A stretch of DNA of 42,080 bases. It comes from Candidatus Eiseniibacteriota bacterium. Its GTDB lineage: Bacteria > Eisenbacteria > RBG-16-71-46. A program made the translations under genes and the position numbers. Positions 1 through 11,119 of this stretch are shown piece after piece; positions within the stretch are counted from its first letter, which is position 1, and each line of letters opens with the position of its first letter. Where the stretch lies: NCBI GenBank assembly GCA_031366795.1, contig JANLOX010000344.1, forward strand, positions 1-42,080, written 5' to 3'. The notes below the pieces were generated by a model. It was not told where the DNA came from. It did no database searches and worked only from the letters and a program-made list of their open reading frames with translations.

Positions 1-399
1 CCGGGCGCCCAGGCACAAAACTTCGTCCGCGTCACCGACCCCGCGCACCCGTTCGTGACCGATGCCTACGAGAGCGATGGCGCCAGTTGGATCGACCTGG
101 TCGGCGATGGCGCGCTGGACGTGTTCGTCGCCAACGGTAACTTGTCGGTGCAGCCGAATACGTTCTACCGCAACACCCGAGCGGGTTCGTTCGCGCGGGT
201 GGTCAGCGGGCCCGTGGCGGCGGACGGAGGCTCGTCGATCGGCGGGACGTTCGGGGATTTCGACCACGACGGTCACCCCGACCTGTTCGTGACCAACCAC
301 AACAACTCCGGTGCCCCCGGCTTCGCGTTTGCCCGCGTCGACACCACGGGGCTGACGGCAGGAGTTGGGCGCGTAGTGCTTGGAGCCGTGCCTCCGTGA
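1..399 (+). pseudogene. Truncated FG-GAP/VCBS (CRTAC1/ASPIC-UnbV-like) repeat protein; open at the window edge
   Basis: Frame 1 is open from base 1 (PGAQAQNFVRVTDP...). It has the Ca-binding repeats WIDLVGDGALDVFVAN and GDFDHDGHPDLFVTN. Family-like sequence stops near 360, far short of a full propeller. Confidence 0.6.
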
Positions 400-600
400 G
401 TAGCGTGCGCAATTCCGCCTCGGCCGTGGCCTGGTGACGCGAGCGTTCGTGGTAGCGCAAAGCGTGGTAGGCCGCGGCGATCACCACGTTGTGGGCTACC
501 GCGAAGGCGATGGCACCGAACAGGTGCAACGGCACGCGGGCGAGCAGAGTGCAGCGGTCGAGTGGCGCGCGGTATACCAGCGCCGACGGCGGGCGCGCGT
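362..600 (-). pseudogene. Remnant of a LytS/YehU-family sensor histidine kinase
   Basis: ORF 203..826(-) contains ...AYHALRYHERSR...LRTLLTEARLQALRAQL, the segment that normally precedes the (N/Q)PHFLFN H-box. The H-box and catalytic domain are absent. Boundaries are approximate. Confidence 0.6.
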
Positions 601-738
601 CACGGCATCGATTCTGGGCCGCTGGGCCAGTCAGGGCAAGCGCTTGGGGGTAAGGCGGGGCGCAGGCGGGACGGAATTCAAAGCCCGCGGGATTAGGGCG
701 GCTTGAACAGGACGCGGTGTCTCGCCAGACTGTCCCCC

Positions 739-2688
739 ATGAATAACGCACGGAGCACGCACGGATGGACAGCGCTGCGACTTGCTGGGGTGTCCGTCGT
801 GGCTCTTGGGATGCTCCTTGCCGCATTCGGGTTCACGCCCGGTCCCGGCTACCGCGGGCTCTACCGGACGACGCTCGAACAGCTCGCCACTGAGCAGTCG
901 AGGCTCGTGGGGAAAATGGCCAGGGCAGGCGTGGGCTCTGGGGCGGGCCGCGACTCATTCAAGCATGAGATCGCCACGGCGCGGCTCAAGCTCAAAGCCG
1001 CCGACTTCTGGCTGCGCTACTTCGAGCCCAATGCCTACCGCCGGATCAATGGCCCGCTGCCGGTCGAGTGGGAAACGGAGGTGTTCGAGAAGTTCGAGAA
1101 GCCTTACCGCCGCGAGGGTGCGGGGCTGACGCTCGCGGAGTTGGCGTTGGACGATTCCACGGTGACGCGCGACTCGTTGCTCGCGCTGGTGCGGGCCTCG
1201 ATGTTGGCGGCGAAGGTATTCGAGGCGGACTCGATCACGCGCCAGCTGGCGAAGCCTGACCATTTCTTCCTCGCCAACCGGCTGTTCCTGCTGAATCTCG
1301 GCGCCATCTACACGACCGGTTTCGAATGTCCGGCGCCCGAACGCGTCATCCCCGAGCTGCGCTCGATGCTCGTGGGCACGCGCGACATTTACGCGGCGTT
1401 CGCGCGCGACTTCCCGGCCACCCCACTCAGCGCCGCCTATCTCGAGCGCTACGGTGCGGCGATCGCGTTTGTCCAGGCGCAGCCCGACGACTACGCAGCG
1501 TTCGATCACTTCGCCTTCATCCGCGACTACGTGAACCCGCTGTTCGCGATGAACCAGACGATGATTCTCGGCTACGCCGTCGCCTCGCACAGCGTGAACG
1601 ACTTCACGCTCAACGACTCGTGCGCCTCGATGTTCGACAAGGGGCTGTACAACGCCCAGAACACCAAAGGCGTCTACTCATTGATCGAGGACGCGCGCAC
1701 CCTCACGCAAATTCGCGAGACGGGCCGGTTGTTGTTCTACGACCCGCTGATGTCGGGGAACAACCAGCGCGCGTGCGTCTCGTGCCACAAGCCGGTGCAG
1801 TATTTCTCGGACCGCGCGGTCCCGACGCCCGAGGCGTTCGAGCACGCGGGCCGGCTCAAGCGCAACGCGCCATCGCTGGTCGATGCCCCGTTCAATCACC
1901 TGCTCATGCTCGATGGCCGGCATCTCACGCTGCAGGCTCAGGCCCACGACGTGATGACGAACCCCGCGGAACTCGGCAGCGTCGAGCAGGTGCTGGTTGA
2001 GAAAGTGATGAGCTGCAAGGACTACCGCTCGGCATTCCGCAGTTTCCTCAAGTGGATCCCGGAGGAGCCCAAGGTCACGCTGGACCACCTCATCTCGGCG
2101 ATCACGTTCTACTATGGTGGCTTCAGCTATTACCCCGCCGCGTTCGATGATGCGATCAATGGCAAGGCGACACTCGCACCTGAGGCGCACCGGGGTTTCA
2201 ACCTGTTCATGAGCAAAGCGCAATGCGCCACCTGCCACTTCGTTCCGCAGTTCAATGGGGTCAAGCCGCCGTATGTCGGATCGGAGTTCGAAGTGCTCGG
2301 TGTCCCCGCGGACACGTTGTACACACGGCTCGACCCGGACTCCGGCCGCGCGGTCGTGAATCCGGCCCTCGAGACCGTGCACGCGTTTCGCACGGGCTCG
2401 CTGCGCAACATCGCGCACACGGGCCCTTACATGCACAACGGAGTGTTCCGCACGCTGGACCAGGTCATCGAGTTCTACGACGCGGGAGGGGGTACGGGGC
2501 ATCACCTGAACGTGCCCAACCAGACACTCGCGGCGGACTCGTTGCACCTCACGGTCGGCGAAAAGTCGGATCTCCTCGCGTTCCTGCGCTCGCTCGATGA
2601 GCGTGTTCCCGTCGAGGCGCCGCCGGCGAAGTTGCCACGTTCCTCGCGTGCCGAGCTAAATCACCGCAAGATCGGGGGGGAGTACTAG
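739..2688 (+). CDS. Di-heme cytochrome c peroxidase/MauG-superfamily protein with a long N-terminal extension
   Basis: Two heme motifs (CVSCH, CATCH) plus GRLLFYDP, RNAPSL, GFNLF, FRTGSLRNIAHTGPYMHNG. Hydrophobic N-terminal signal/anchor. ATG 739 preferred over TTG 703. Confidence 0.9.
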   Translation: MNNARSTHGWTALRLAGVSVVALGMLLAAFGFTPGPGYRGLYRTTLEQLATEQSRLVGKMARAGVGSGAGRDSFKHEIATARLKLKAADFWLRYFEPNAYRRINGPLPVEWETEVFEKFEKPYRREGAGLTLAELALDDSTVTRDSLLALVRASMLAAKVFEADSITRQLAKPDHFFLANRLFLLNLGAIYTTGFECPAPERVIPELRSMLVGTRDIYAAFARDFPATPLSAAYLERYGAAIAFVQAQPDDYAAFDHFAFIRDYVNPLFAMNQTMILGYAVASHSVNDFTLNDSCASMFDKGLYNAQNTKGVYSLIEDARTLTQIRETGRLLFYDPLMSGNNQRACVSCHKPVQYFSDRAVPTPEAFEHAGRLKRNAPSLVDAPFNHLLMLDGRHLTLQAQAHDVMTNPAELGSVEQVLVEKVMSCKDYRSAFRSFLKWIPEEPKVTLDHLISAITFYYGGFSYYPAAFDDAINGKATLAPEAHRGFNLFMSKAQCATCHFVPQFNGVKPPYVGSEFEVLGVPADTLYTRLDPDSGRAVVNPALETVHAFRTGSLRNIAHTGPYMHNGVFRTLDQVIEFYDAGGGTGHHLNVPNQTLAADSLHLTVGEKSDLLAFLRSLDERVPVEAPPAKLPRSSRAELNHRKIGGEY

Positions 2689-2691
2689 CGC

Positions 2692-3090
2692 GTGACCGCT
2701 AAGCGAGGTATCCCTGTCGGCTGGCTCGCCGCGGCGGCGGGCGCGCTGCTGCTGTTCGCCGGCTGCGCCGCGCAGCGCAAGCTCGAATTCCCCGTCTCGC
2801 CCGACATAACACCCGGCAATCGCGCGCTGATGATCGAGCGCTACGACAAGGGCAAGATCCTGTTCCGCGCGAACTGCTCAGGCTGTCATGGCATCTTCGC
2901 CGCCGGCAAGGACAGCGTCCCGAATTTCAGCAAGGAACAGATCGACAACTACAACGCGAATTTCGTTAAGGGCGACCAGCGCAACCACGCGGTTGCGCGC
3001 AAGCTGAGCCAGCAACAGATTGACTACATCCTTACGTTCCTGGGGCTGCACAGCGCGGCTCATAACACGCCGCGCAAGCCTGCTCTCTAG
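2692..3090 (+). CDS. Monoheme c-type cytochrome lipoprotein
   Basis: Lipobox-like LLFAGC and GKILFRANCSGCH. Starts 3 nt after the peroxidase stop. Confidence 0.8.
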   Translation: MTAKRGIPVGWLAAAAGALLLFAGCAAQRKLEFPVSPDITPGNRALMIERYDKGKILFRANCSGCHGIFAAGKDSVPNFSKEQIDNYNANFVKGDQRNHAVARKLSQQQIDYILTFLGLHSAAHNTPRKPAL

Positions 3091-3135
3091 GCGCCCTGTG
3101 ATAGCCTGTCGGGTGGACCCGATGGAGGCACGATC

Positions 3136-5751
<2,616 letters not shown>

Positions 5752-5839
5752 CGGGCAGCTTGGTGGAAGCGTCGCTCGCGGAGTGGCGCAGCCTGGCGCA
5801 CAGCGCGCGCGGGATTGACGGCCGTCCAGCGCCTTTGCC

Positions 5840-7159
5840 CTACCGCTTCAACACCTGCGGCGCCGAGTAGAACACCACCTGGTTCTTCGTCGAGCGCTTT
5901 GCCACGAGCAGGGCGTGGTTGGCCGCGCGCCACAGGTCGGTGGGCGTCTTCTCGTGCTCGGGGAACACGGCAACGCCGATGCTCACCGTGACCGCCACCT
6001 GGTGCGTGACGCCATCGAGGCCTTCGACGCGGACGGACGCGCGCTCCACCAGAGTGCGGAGGCGCTCCGAGATGGTGCGCACGTCGGGCAGGTGTACGGG
6101 CTCGGTGAGCAGCACCGCGAATTCCTCGCCACCCCAGCGGCACACCGTGTCGAACGGGCGCACCCCACTGCGCAGCGCCTGGGCGACCTGCACCAACACG
6201 TGATTGCCAGCTTCGTAGCCGAAGCGGCTGTTGAAAGTCTTGAAGTCGTCAATGTCGGCGATGCACAGCGCCATCGACGCTCCTTCACGATGGGCACGCG
6301 CCATTTCATTGAGCAGCTGCAGATCGAAGTAGGGACGGTTGTAGGCGCCCGTCAGCGGATCGACAAATACCAATGTCTCGATGCGCGAGGCGCGGTCGAG
6401 CGCGCTCGCGCAGCAATCGGCGATCAGCGCGATCAATGCGAGCGCCTCGGGCGGGAACGGGTCGGTATCGCCGCTGCGTATTTCGATCAGGCCGAGCGGC
6501 GGGCTATCGGCCGGTGTGACCGCGGCGAGTACGAAGGAGCGCACGCCGCTGCGTAACGGCACGCCGCGAAGTGCTGCGGTGGCCGTGGTGTCGGGGCAAT
6601 AGAACAGCGCGTTCGGCTCGAGCAACGCGGTGGCGATCCACGGGTCGCCACTGCCGGGAGGCGTGGCGCTCTGGGGTGCTGGCACGAAGCGCAATTCGCG
6701 CGCGCCTAATAATTCGCGGCCGATGCCATCGAGCTGGCTGAGCAACGCCGCGCGCGGATCGCCGGTGCGCGGATCGGACGAGAACAGCGGCTCGTCGACG
6801 CGCAGCAGCCGTCGCACATGCGCGAGCGCCGTTTGCGCCTGAGCCGGCAACGTCGCGCGCGGGACCACGCGCACGCCATCGCGCACTTCGAGTTGCGGCA
6901 GGCGCAACGTGATGATGTCGAGCCGGTCGCGTGTCTGGTAGCGCACGGTGCCGAGGTTGCCGTTCTTGCTCGGCGGCAGCTTCGAAACGAGGCCGTGCCG
7001 CTCGAGTTGCGCGAGCGCCAGCAACGCCGCCTGCTCGATCTGTTCAGACACGCCGGTGGTCAGGGCGCGTTGAACTTGCGCGCGCTCCGCCGCGGGCAGT
7101 GCGTGGAGCGGCAGCACGCGCTCGAGCAGACTCCTGAAGTCGATGTGTTCCTGAGGCAT
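5840..7159 (-). CDS. GAF-GGDEF diguanylate cyclase
   Basis: DPLTGAYNR, DIDDFK, RWGGEEF active site with an RPFD (RxxD) I-site. A GAF-like segment precedes it. Confidence 0.9.
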   Translation of the reverse strand: MPQEHIDFRSLLERVLPLHALPAAERAQVQRALTTGVSEQIEQAALLALAQLERHGLVSKLPPSKNGNLGTVRYQTRDRLDIITLRLPQLEVRDGVRVVPRATLPAQAQTALAHVRRLLRVDEPLFSSDPRTGDPRAALLSQLDGIGRELLGARELRFVPAPQSATPPGSGDPWIATALLEPNALFYCPDTTATAALRGVPLRSGVRSFVLAAVTPADSPPLGLIEIRSGDTDPFPPEALALIALIADCCASALDRASRIETLVFVDPLTGAYNRPYFDLQLLNEMARAHREGASMALCIADIDDFKTFNSRFGYEAGNHVLVQVAQALRSGVRPFDTVCRWGGEEFAVLLTEPVHLPDVRTISERLRTLVERASVRVEGLDGVTHQVAVTVSIGVAVFPEHEKTPTDLWRAANHALLVAKRSTKNQVVFYSAPQVLKR

Positions 7160-7362
7160 GATCGGTTTCGGCCACGCTTGTGGGCGCGTTGGCGGCGGCT
7201 AGGGAGGTGAGCATCAGCGCAGGTGTCGTGGGGCCCTGGAACCGCGCCCGGAGACATAAGAATAGCACACGGATCAGTCAATTTGGCTTGACCCCAATGC
7301 CCGTTGGCCGATACGTTTCAAGATCTTGCGGCGAAAGCTGTTGCTGCCCCGGAGTGACCCCC

Positions 7363-7830
7363 ATGCGGCTGTCCGAATTGCTCAATCCCAGTGCCGTCAC
7401 CCTGCGGCTAAAGTCCCGTGAAAAGCGCGAGGCCATCGTCGAACTGGTCCAACTGCTGGAGTCCGCGCATGGGATTGCGAGCCAGGGCGAGGTGCTCGAC
7501 CGCGTCCTGCGCCGCGAAGCCATGATGTCGACCGGCATCGGCTACGGCGTGGCGATCCCGCACGGCAAGGCCCGGGCCGCCGACCGCATGGTGGCAGCCT
7601 GCGCCGTGTCGCCCGAAGGCGTGGACTTCGCCGCGGATGATGGGCAACCGGTCTACCTGATGGTGCTGTTTGTCTCACCCGAAAGTGCGACGACCCAACA
7701 TGTTCGGGCACTCGCCAACCTGTCGCGGTTGATGAAGGAGGAGTCCGTGCGCCGCTCGCTGCGCGAGGCTCCGAACGTCGAGGCATTCCTCGCCACCTTG
7801 CAGGCCGCGGAAGGCGTCTATATCCCCTGA
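7363..7830 (+). CDS. Stand-alone PTS EIIA component (Fru/Ntr type)
   Basis: RE..MSTGIGYGVAIPH with the phospho-acceptor His, and HVRALANLSR. ATG 7363 follows GGAG. Confidence 0.9.
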   Translation: MRLSELLNPSAVTLRLKSREKREAIVELVQLLESAHGIASQGEVLDRVLRREAMMSTGIGYGVAIPHGKARAADRMVAACAVSPEGVDFAADDGQPVYLMVLFVSPESATTQHVRALANLSRLMKEESVRRSLREAPNVEAFLATLQAAEGVYIP

Positions 7831-7892
7831 GTCGGCGGTCGCAAGGCGCTATTGCGCCGGCCGTGCTGGATCCGAAGGCCCGGGAGGTGACG

Positions 7893-8546
7893 ATGCAGTT
7901 CGTGGATGCGTGGACGAGCCTGGCGCCGCTTGAACTGTTGCTGCTGCTCGCCGCGCCCGGCATCGCCATCGCTGCTATGCTGCTGCCCGGCCGCGCCGTG
8001 GCGCGCACCGCCTCGATCGGCATGGCCTTCGCCGGCTCCGCGCTGCCTGACCAAGGTCCGCTCGAATTGCGCGCGGGCTGGTTCGTGCTGTGGATCGCGG
8101 TTTCGATCGTGTCGGGCTTCAAGCATGACATCACGCCGCGCGCCGGGCTCGCGCGTCCCGGCGGCGTCGAGTCGGGCGCGATCGCGTTGCTGCTCGGCGC
8201 AGGTTTGCTTGTGCTGCTGATCGTGGCGCTCGGCCGCCAGAACTTGTCGCCCGAGCTCACGCGCCCATCCGCCGTCGCGCTGGTGCTGATCATCGCGGGC
8301 GTCGCGCATTTGATGTTGCGGCGTGACGCGCTGCGCGGTGCGATGGCGTTCGCCACGATCGGGCTGGGTCTGCAGTGGCTCGACCGCGCCGCGCGCATCA
8401 GCGTGCTCGAAGCGCCGGCATTCCCCGAGGGTGCCGTGCTGGCCGCCACGGCGATCGCCGTGGCACTCGCCGCGCGCGTCGCGTTGATCCGCCAGCACGA
8501 CGCTGGCAGCGCGTGGGTCAGCCACGCGCACGATCTGCATGACTGA
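7893..8546 (+). CDS. Membrane protein, HyfE/NuoK-like (divergent)
   Basis: About 217 aa and multi-TM. The C-terminal half resembles NuoK/HyfE (IIAGVAHLMLRRDALR..., tail GSAWVSHAHDLHD). GGAGG precedes ATG 7893. Confidence 0.55.
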   Translation: MQFVDAWTSLAPLELLLLLAAPGIAIAAMLLPGRAVARTASIGMAFAGSALPDQGPLELRAGWFVLWIAVSIVSGFKHDITPRAGLARPGGVESGAIALLLGAGLLVLLIVALGRQNLSPELTRPSAVALVLIIAGVAHLMLRRDALRGAMAFATIGLGLQWLDRAARISVLEAPAFPEGAVLAATAIAVALAARVALIRQHDAGSAWVSHAHDLHD

Positions 8547-9897
8547 CGGGATGCCATTGACGCGCTGGCGTATCGACCCAGGCATCGCCGGGGCGATCGC
8601 GTGTGTTTCGGGACTCGCGCTGCTGGTCGTGCCCTCGTTGCTCGCGTGTGCGCTCGGGCTCGAGCTGTTGTCCGCGGCGTTCTGGCTGTGGGCGCGCACG
8701 GCGGCCGATGGCCGCGAACAGTTGCCACGCTGGGAATGGTTGCGCCGTCCCGCGATGGCCGCATGGCTGGCGTTCGCGGTCGATGCTGTGTTGTCGACTA
8801 TCACGCGCGATCCGCTGTTGCTGTCGGCGCCGCGTCTGGCACCGCTGTCGTGGCTCGAAGCCGCTGCGATCGTGTGGGCGGGGCTCGAACTCGTGGCGGC
8901 CTTGCCATTGGCGCGGCCCTATTCCGATTTCGCCGGACCCTATGAAGCGATGCGGCCGTGGATCCCGGTCGTGCTGCCCTCGGCGGGATTTCTCGCGTTG
9001 TGGACGCAGGCCGCGCACTGGGTGCCCGTGCCCGGCGTGCGCGATGTCGCGGTGACGCTGTTGGTGATCACCGCGCTGCTGTCCGCGCTCCGCGCCTTCG
9101 CGCGGCGCGGCTGGACCGCGAGCCTGCGCTGGCTGTGCGTGACGCAAACATCGCTCGCCTTGTTGCCGCTTGCGCAACGAACCGTGCATCCGCAGGCGTT
9201 ATTCCTGCTGTGGCTCGGCGCCTTCGGCGGCCCGGCGTTCGTGCTCGCCGGCGAGCTGTCGGGCGCTTCGCCTCGCCGTGGAAAATTCAATGCGCGACTG
9301 TGGCGCGCTGCCGGATGGGTTTCGGCCTCCTGCGTGGCGTGGCCCGCGCTGGTGGTGTTCGCCACCGGACGGGCGGCCCCGGTTTCCGTGCCGCTCTACC
9401 TCGCGACCGCCGTGTCCGCCGGCATCGCCGCGTGGATCATGGTGGGACGTCTCGAGGTCGCGCCCGAACGCCGCCGCCTGATGCGGCCAGGTTCCGGCGG
9501 CACGTCTGGACGCATCGCCGCCTTCATCGTGCTGGCGTTGGGCCCGCTCGGCCTGTCGATCGCATGGTGGTTCAGCTTCGAGCCCGCGTGGATTCCCAGT
9601 GTGATGAGCCTGGCGCCTGTGGCGATCGGCGGCGTGCTCGCCGTCGCTCCGCGCCAGAAGCAAGTCGTGCATCTCGCCCACCGCTTGAAGCGCCCGGCAC
9701 TGGGCCTGCGCATGGCGGCAGGCACGGCGTTTCGCTGGTCGGTGCGCACCGAACAAACCGCACTCCGCGCGGTGCTGTCGTTCGCCCGGCTGCTCGGCGC
9801 GCCCTTGCGCGACCTGCACACCGGTGACGCGCAGGAATACCTGCTGCTGCTCGCCGGAGTATCCGTGCTCGCACTCCTGCTGCCGTTGCTCCGATGA
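8539..9897 (+). CDS. Membrane protein, divergent NuoL/MrpA/HyfB-like antiporter-fold subunit
   Basis: Hydrophobic, with LGLELLSAAFWLW (TM5-like Glu) and a C-terminal amphipathic stretch plus RDLHTGDAQEYLLLL resembling the NuoL end. Overlaps the previous stop (ATGACTGA). Confidence 0.6.
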   Translation: MTDGMPLTRWRIDPGIAGAIACVSGLALLVVPSLLACALGLELLSAAFWLWARTAADGREQLPRWEWLRRPAMAAWLAFAVDAVLSTITRDPLLLSAPRLAPLSWLEAAAIVWAGLELVAALPLARPYSDFAGPYEAMRPWIPVVLPSAGFLALWTQAAHWVPVPGVRDVAVTLLVITALLSALRAFARRGWTASLRWLCVTQTSLALLPLAQRTVHPQALFLLWLGAFGGPAFVLAGELSGASPRRGKFNARLWRAAGWVSASCVAWPALVVFATGRAAPVSVPLYLATAVSAGIAAWIMVGRLEVAPERRRLMRPGSGGTSGRIAAFIVLALGPLGLSIAWWFSFEPAWIPSVMSLAPVAIGGVLAVAPRQKQVVHLAHRLKRPALGLRMAAGTAFRWSVRTEQTALRAVLSFARLLGAPLRDLHTGDAQEYLLLLAGVSVLALLLPLLR

Positions 9898-11084
9898 TGG
9901 CGCATATTCTGCTCATTTGCGCGATCGCATTGGTCGGCGTCGCCGCACTCGGCCTGTGGTTCGATCGCGGCCGTCGCGGGGGTCCCCTCGAGATGGCCGC
10001 GCTGTTGCCGCTGCTGCCGCTCGTCGCGGTCGTCACCGGGCGTTGGATGCCGGCGCCCTACGGGGTAGTCCTTGTGCTGGCACTGGTCGTCGCGATGTTG
10101 TCGCGCTCGCGTGATGACGTGTTGCACAGCGAGTGCGCGCTCAAGCTGCTGTGGGTGCTGGGGCCGGCGTTGGCGATTTCGTTCGCCGGCGTGGCGCTAA
10201 TGGCGATCGCTACCGGCACCTCGGTGAATGCCGAGCAATGGGCTGTGATGGCGTTGCCGCTCGAGCCCGCGATGTTGTGGACGATCTCGCTATCGCTTTC
10301 GCTGATCGTAGGTTTCGTGCTGATTGGCGGCGCGCCATTCCACTTCTGGGCTGCCGACGTGATGCAGGGGAGCCGTGCGTGGATGGGCGCGCTCGCTGTC
10401 GGCGCACTGCAAACGTGCGGTGCCGCGTGGTTCGCCTGGCGGCTCGAAGGGATCGACGCGCTGCCCGAAGCCGCGCGCATCGCCGGCGCATTGCTCGGCG
10501 CGGGCGCTGCTGTCGCGTTCGTCGTCGGCGCGATTACCTTGCCGTTCCAGCGCCGCCCCGAGCGCCGCGTCGGAACGCTCGCAAGTCTCAATGGAGGACT
10601 GCTGCTCGCCTCGCTCGCGGTGCGCTTCGGTGGCGCGCCCAATGCGGCGGCCGGCTTTCACGTGCCGCTGTGGAGCGCGCATCTCGCGCTGGCATTGAGT
10701 GGTGCCGCGACGCTCGCACCATTCCTGCCCGTCACCGTCCGCGCCCCGGCGCCCGGCACCGTGTTGTTCCGCCGACACCCCGCATGGGGCGCCATCGGCC
10801 TGTATTCGCTCGCCTCACTCGCGGGAGTTCCCGGCACGCCGGGTGCCACACTGTGGTTCAGCGGTGCGCGCATGCTGGTGGCGACATCGCGCACCGGCCT
10901 GCTCATGTTGCTTGCCTTCGCGTGGGTCACCGCGTTCGCGATCGTCGTGCGGCAGGTGCGTGAGGCATACGGTGTGTGGTCAGAAGCCCCGCTGCCCCCA
11001 CGCGGCGTACCCGCCGTGGCGCGATGGGCGATGCTCGTGGGCTGCGCGGGGCTGGTGGCGATGGCGGTGGGGCTGCGCGGGTAG
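9894..11084 (+). CDS. Membrane protein, divergent NuoN/MrpD-like antiporter-fold subunit
   Basis: SECALK, APFHFWAADVMQG, LFRRHP and SLAGVPGTPG match NuoN-type motifs. ATGA overlap with the previous gene. Confidence 0.75.
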   Translation: MMAHILLICAIALVGVAALGLWFDRGRRGGPLEMAALLPLLPLVAVVTGRWMPAPYGVVLVLALVVAMLSRSRDDVLHSECALKLLWVLGPALAISFAGVALMAIATGTSVNAEQWAVMALPLEPAMLWTISLSLSLIVGFVLIGGAPFHFWAADVMQGSRAWMGALAVGALQTCGAAWFAWRLEGIDALPEAARIAGALLGAGAAVAFVVGAITLPFQRRPERRVGTLASLNGGLLLASLAVRFGGAPNAAAGFHVPLWSAHLALALSGAATLAPFLPVTVRAPAPGTVLFRRHPAWGAIGLYSLASLAGVPGTPGATLWFSGARMLVATSRTGLLMLLAFAWVTAFAIVVRQVREAYGVWSEAPLPPRGVPAVARWAMLVGCAGLVAMAVGLRG

Positions 11085-11119
11085 GGAGCATGTTCCCCCG
11101 CAGCCCCAGTGCAGTCGCA

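Noticed and set aside
3091..3135. CIRCE/HrcA operator upstream of clpB
   Set aside because: No TTAGCACTC-N9-GAGTGCTAA match. Only a possible extended -10 (TGTGATAGCCT) is present.
7180..7362. Extended N-termini from the ORF track (7180, also 14752, 25310, 33936, 36853, 38275, 41354)
   Set aside because: Downstream starts have RBS or promoter support, or coincide with the start of family-like sequence.
7893..11084. Annotating the triad as nuoK/nuoL/nuoN of complex I, or as hyf/mrp genes
   Set aside because: No other subunits are adjacent, the proteins are shortened and the key charged residues appear absent, so gene symbols were withheld.
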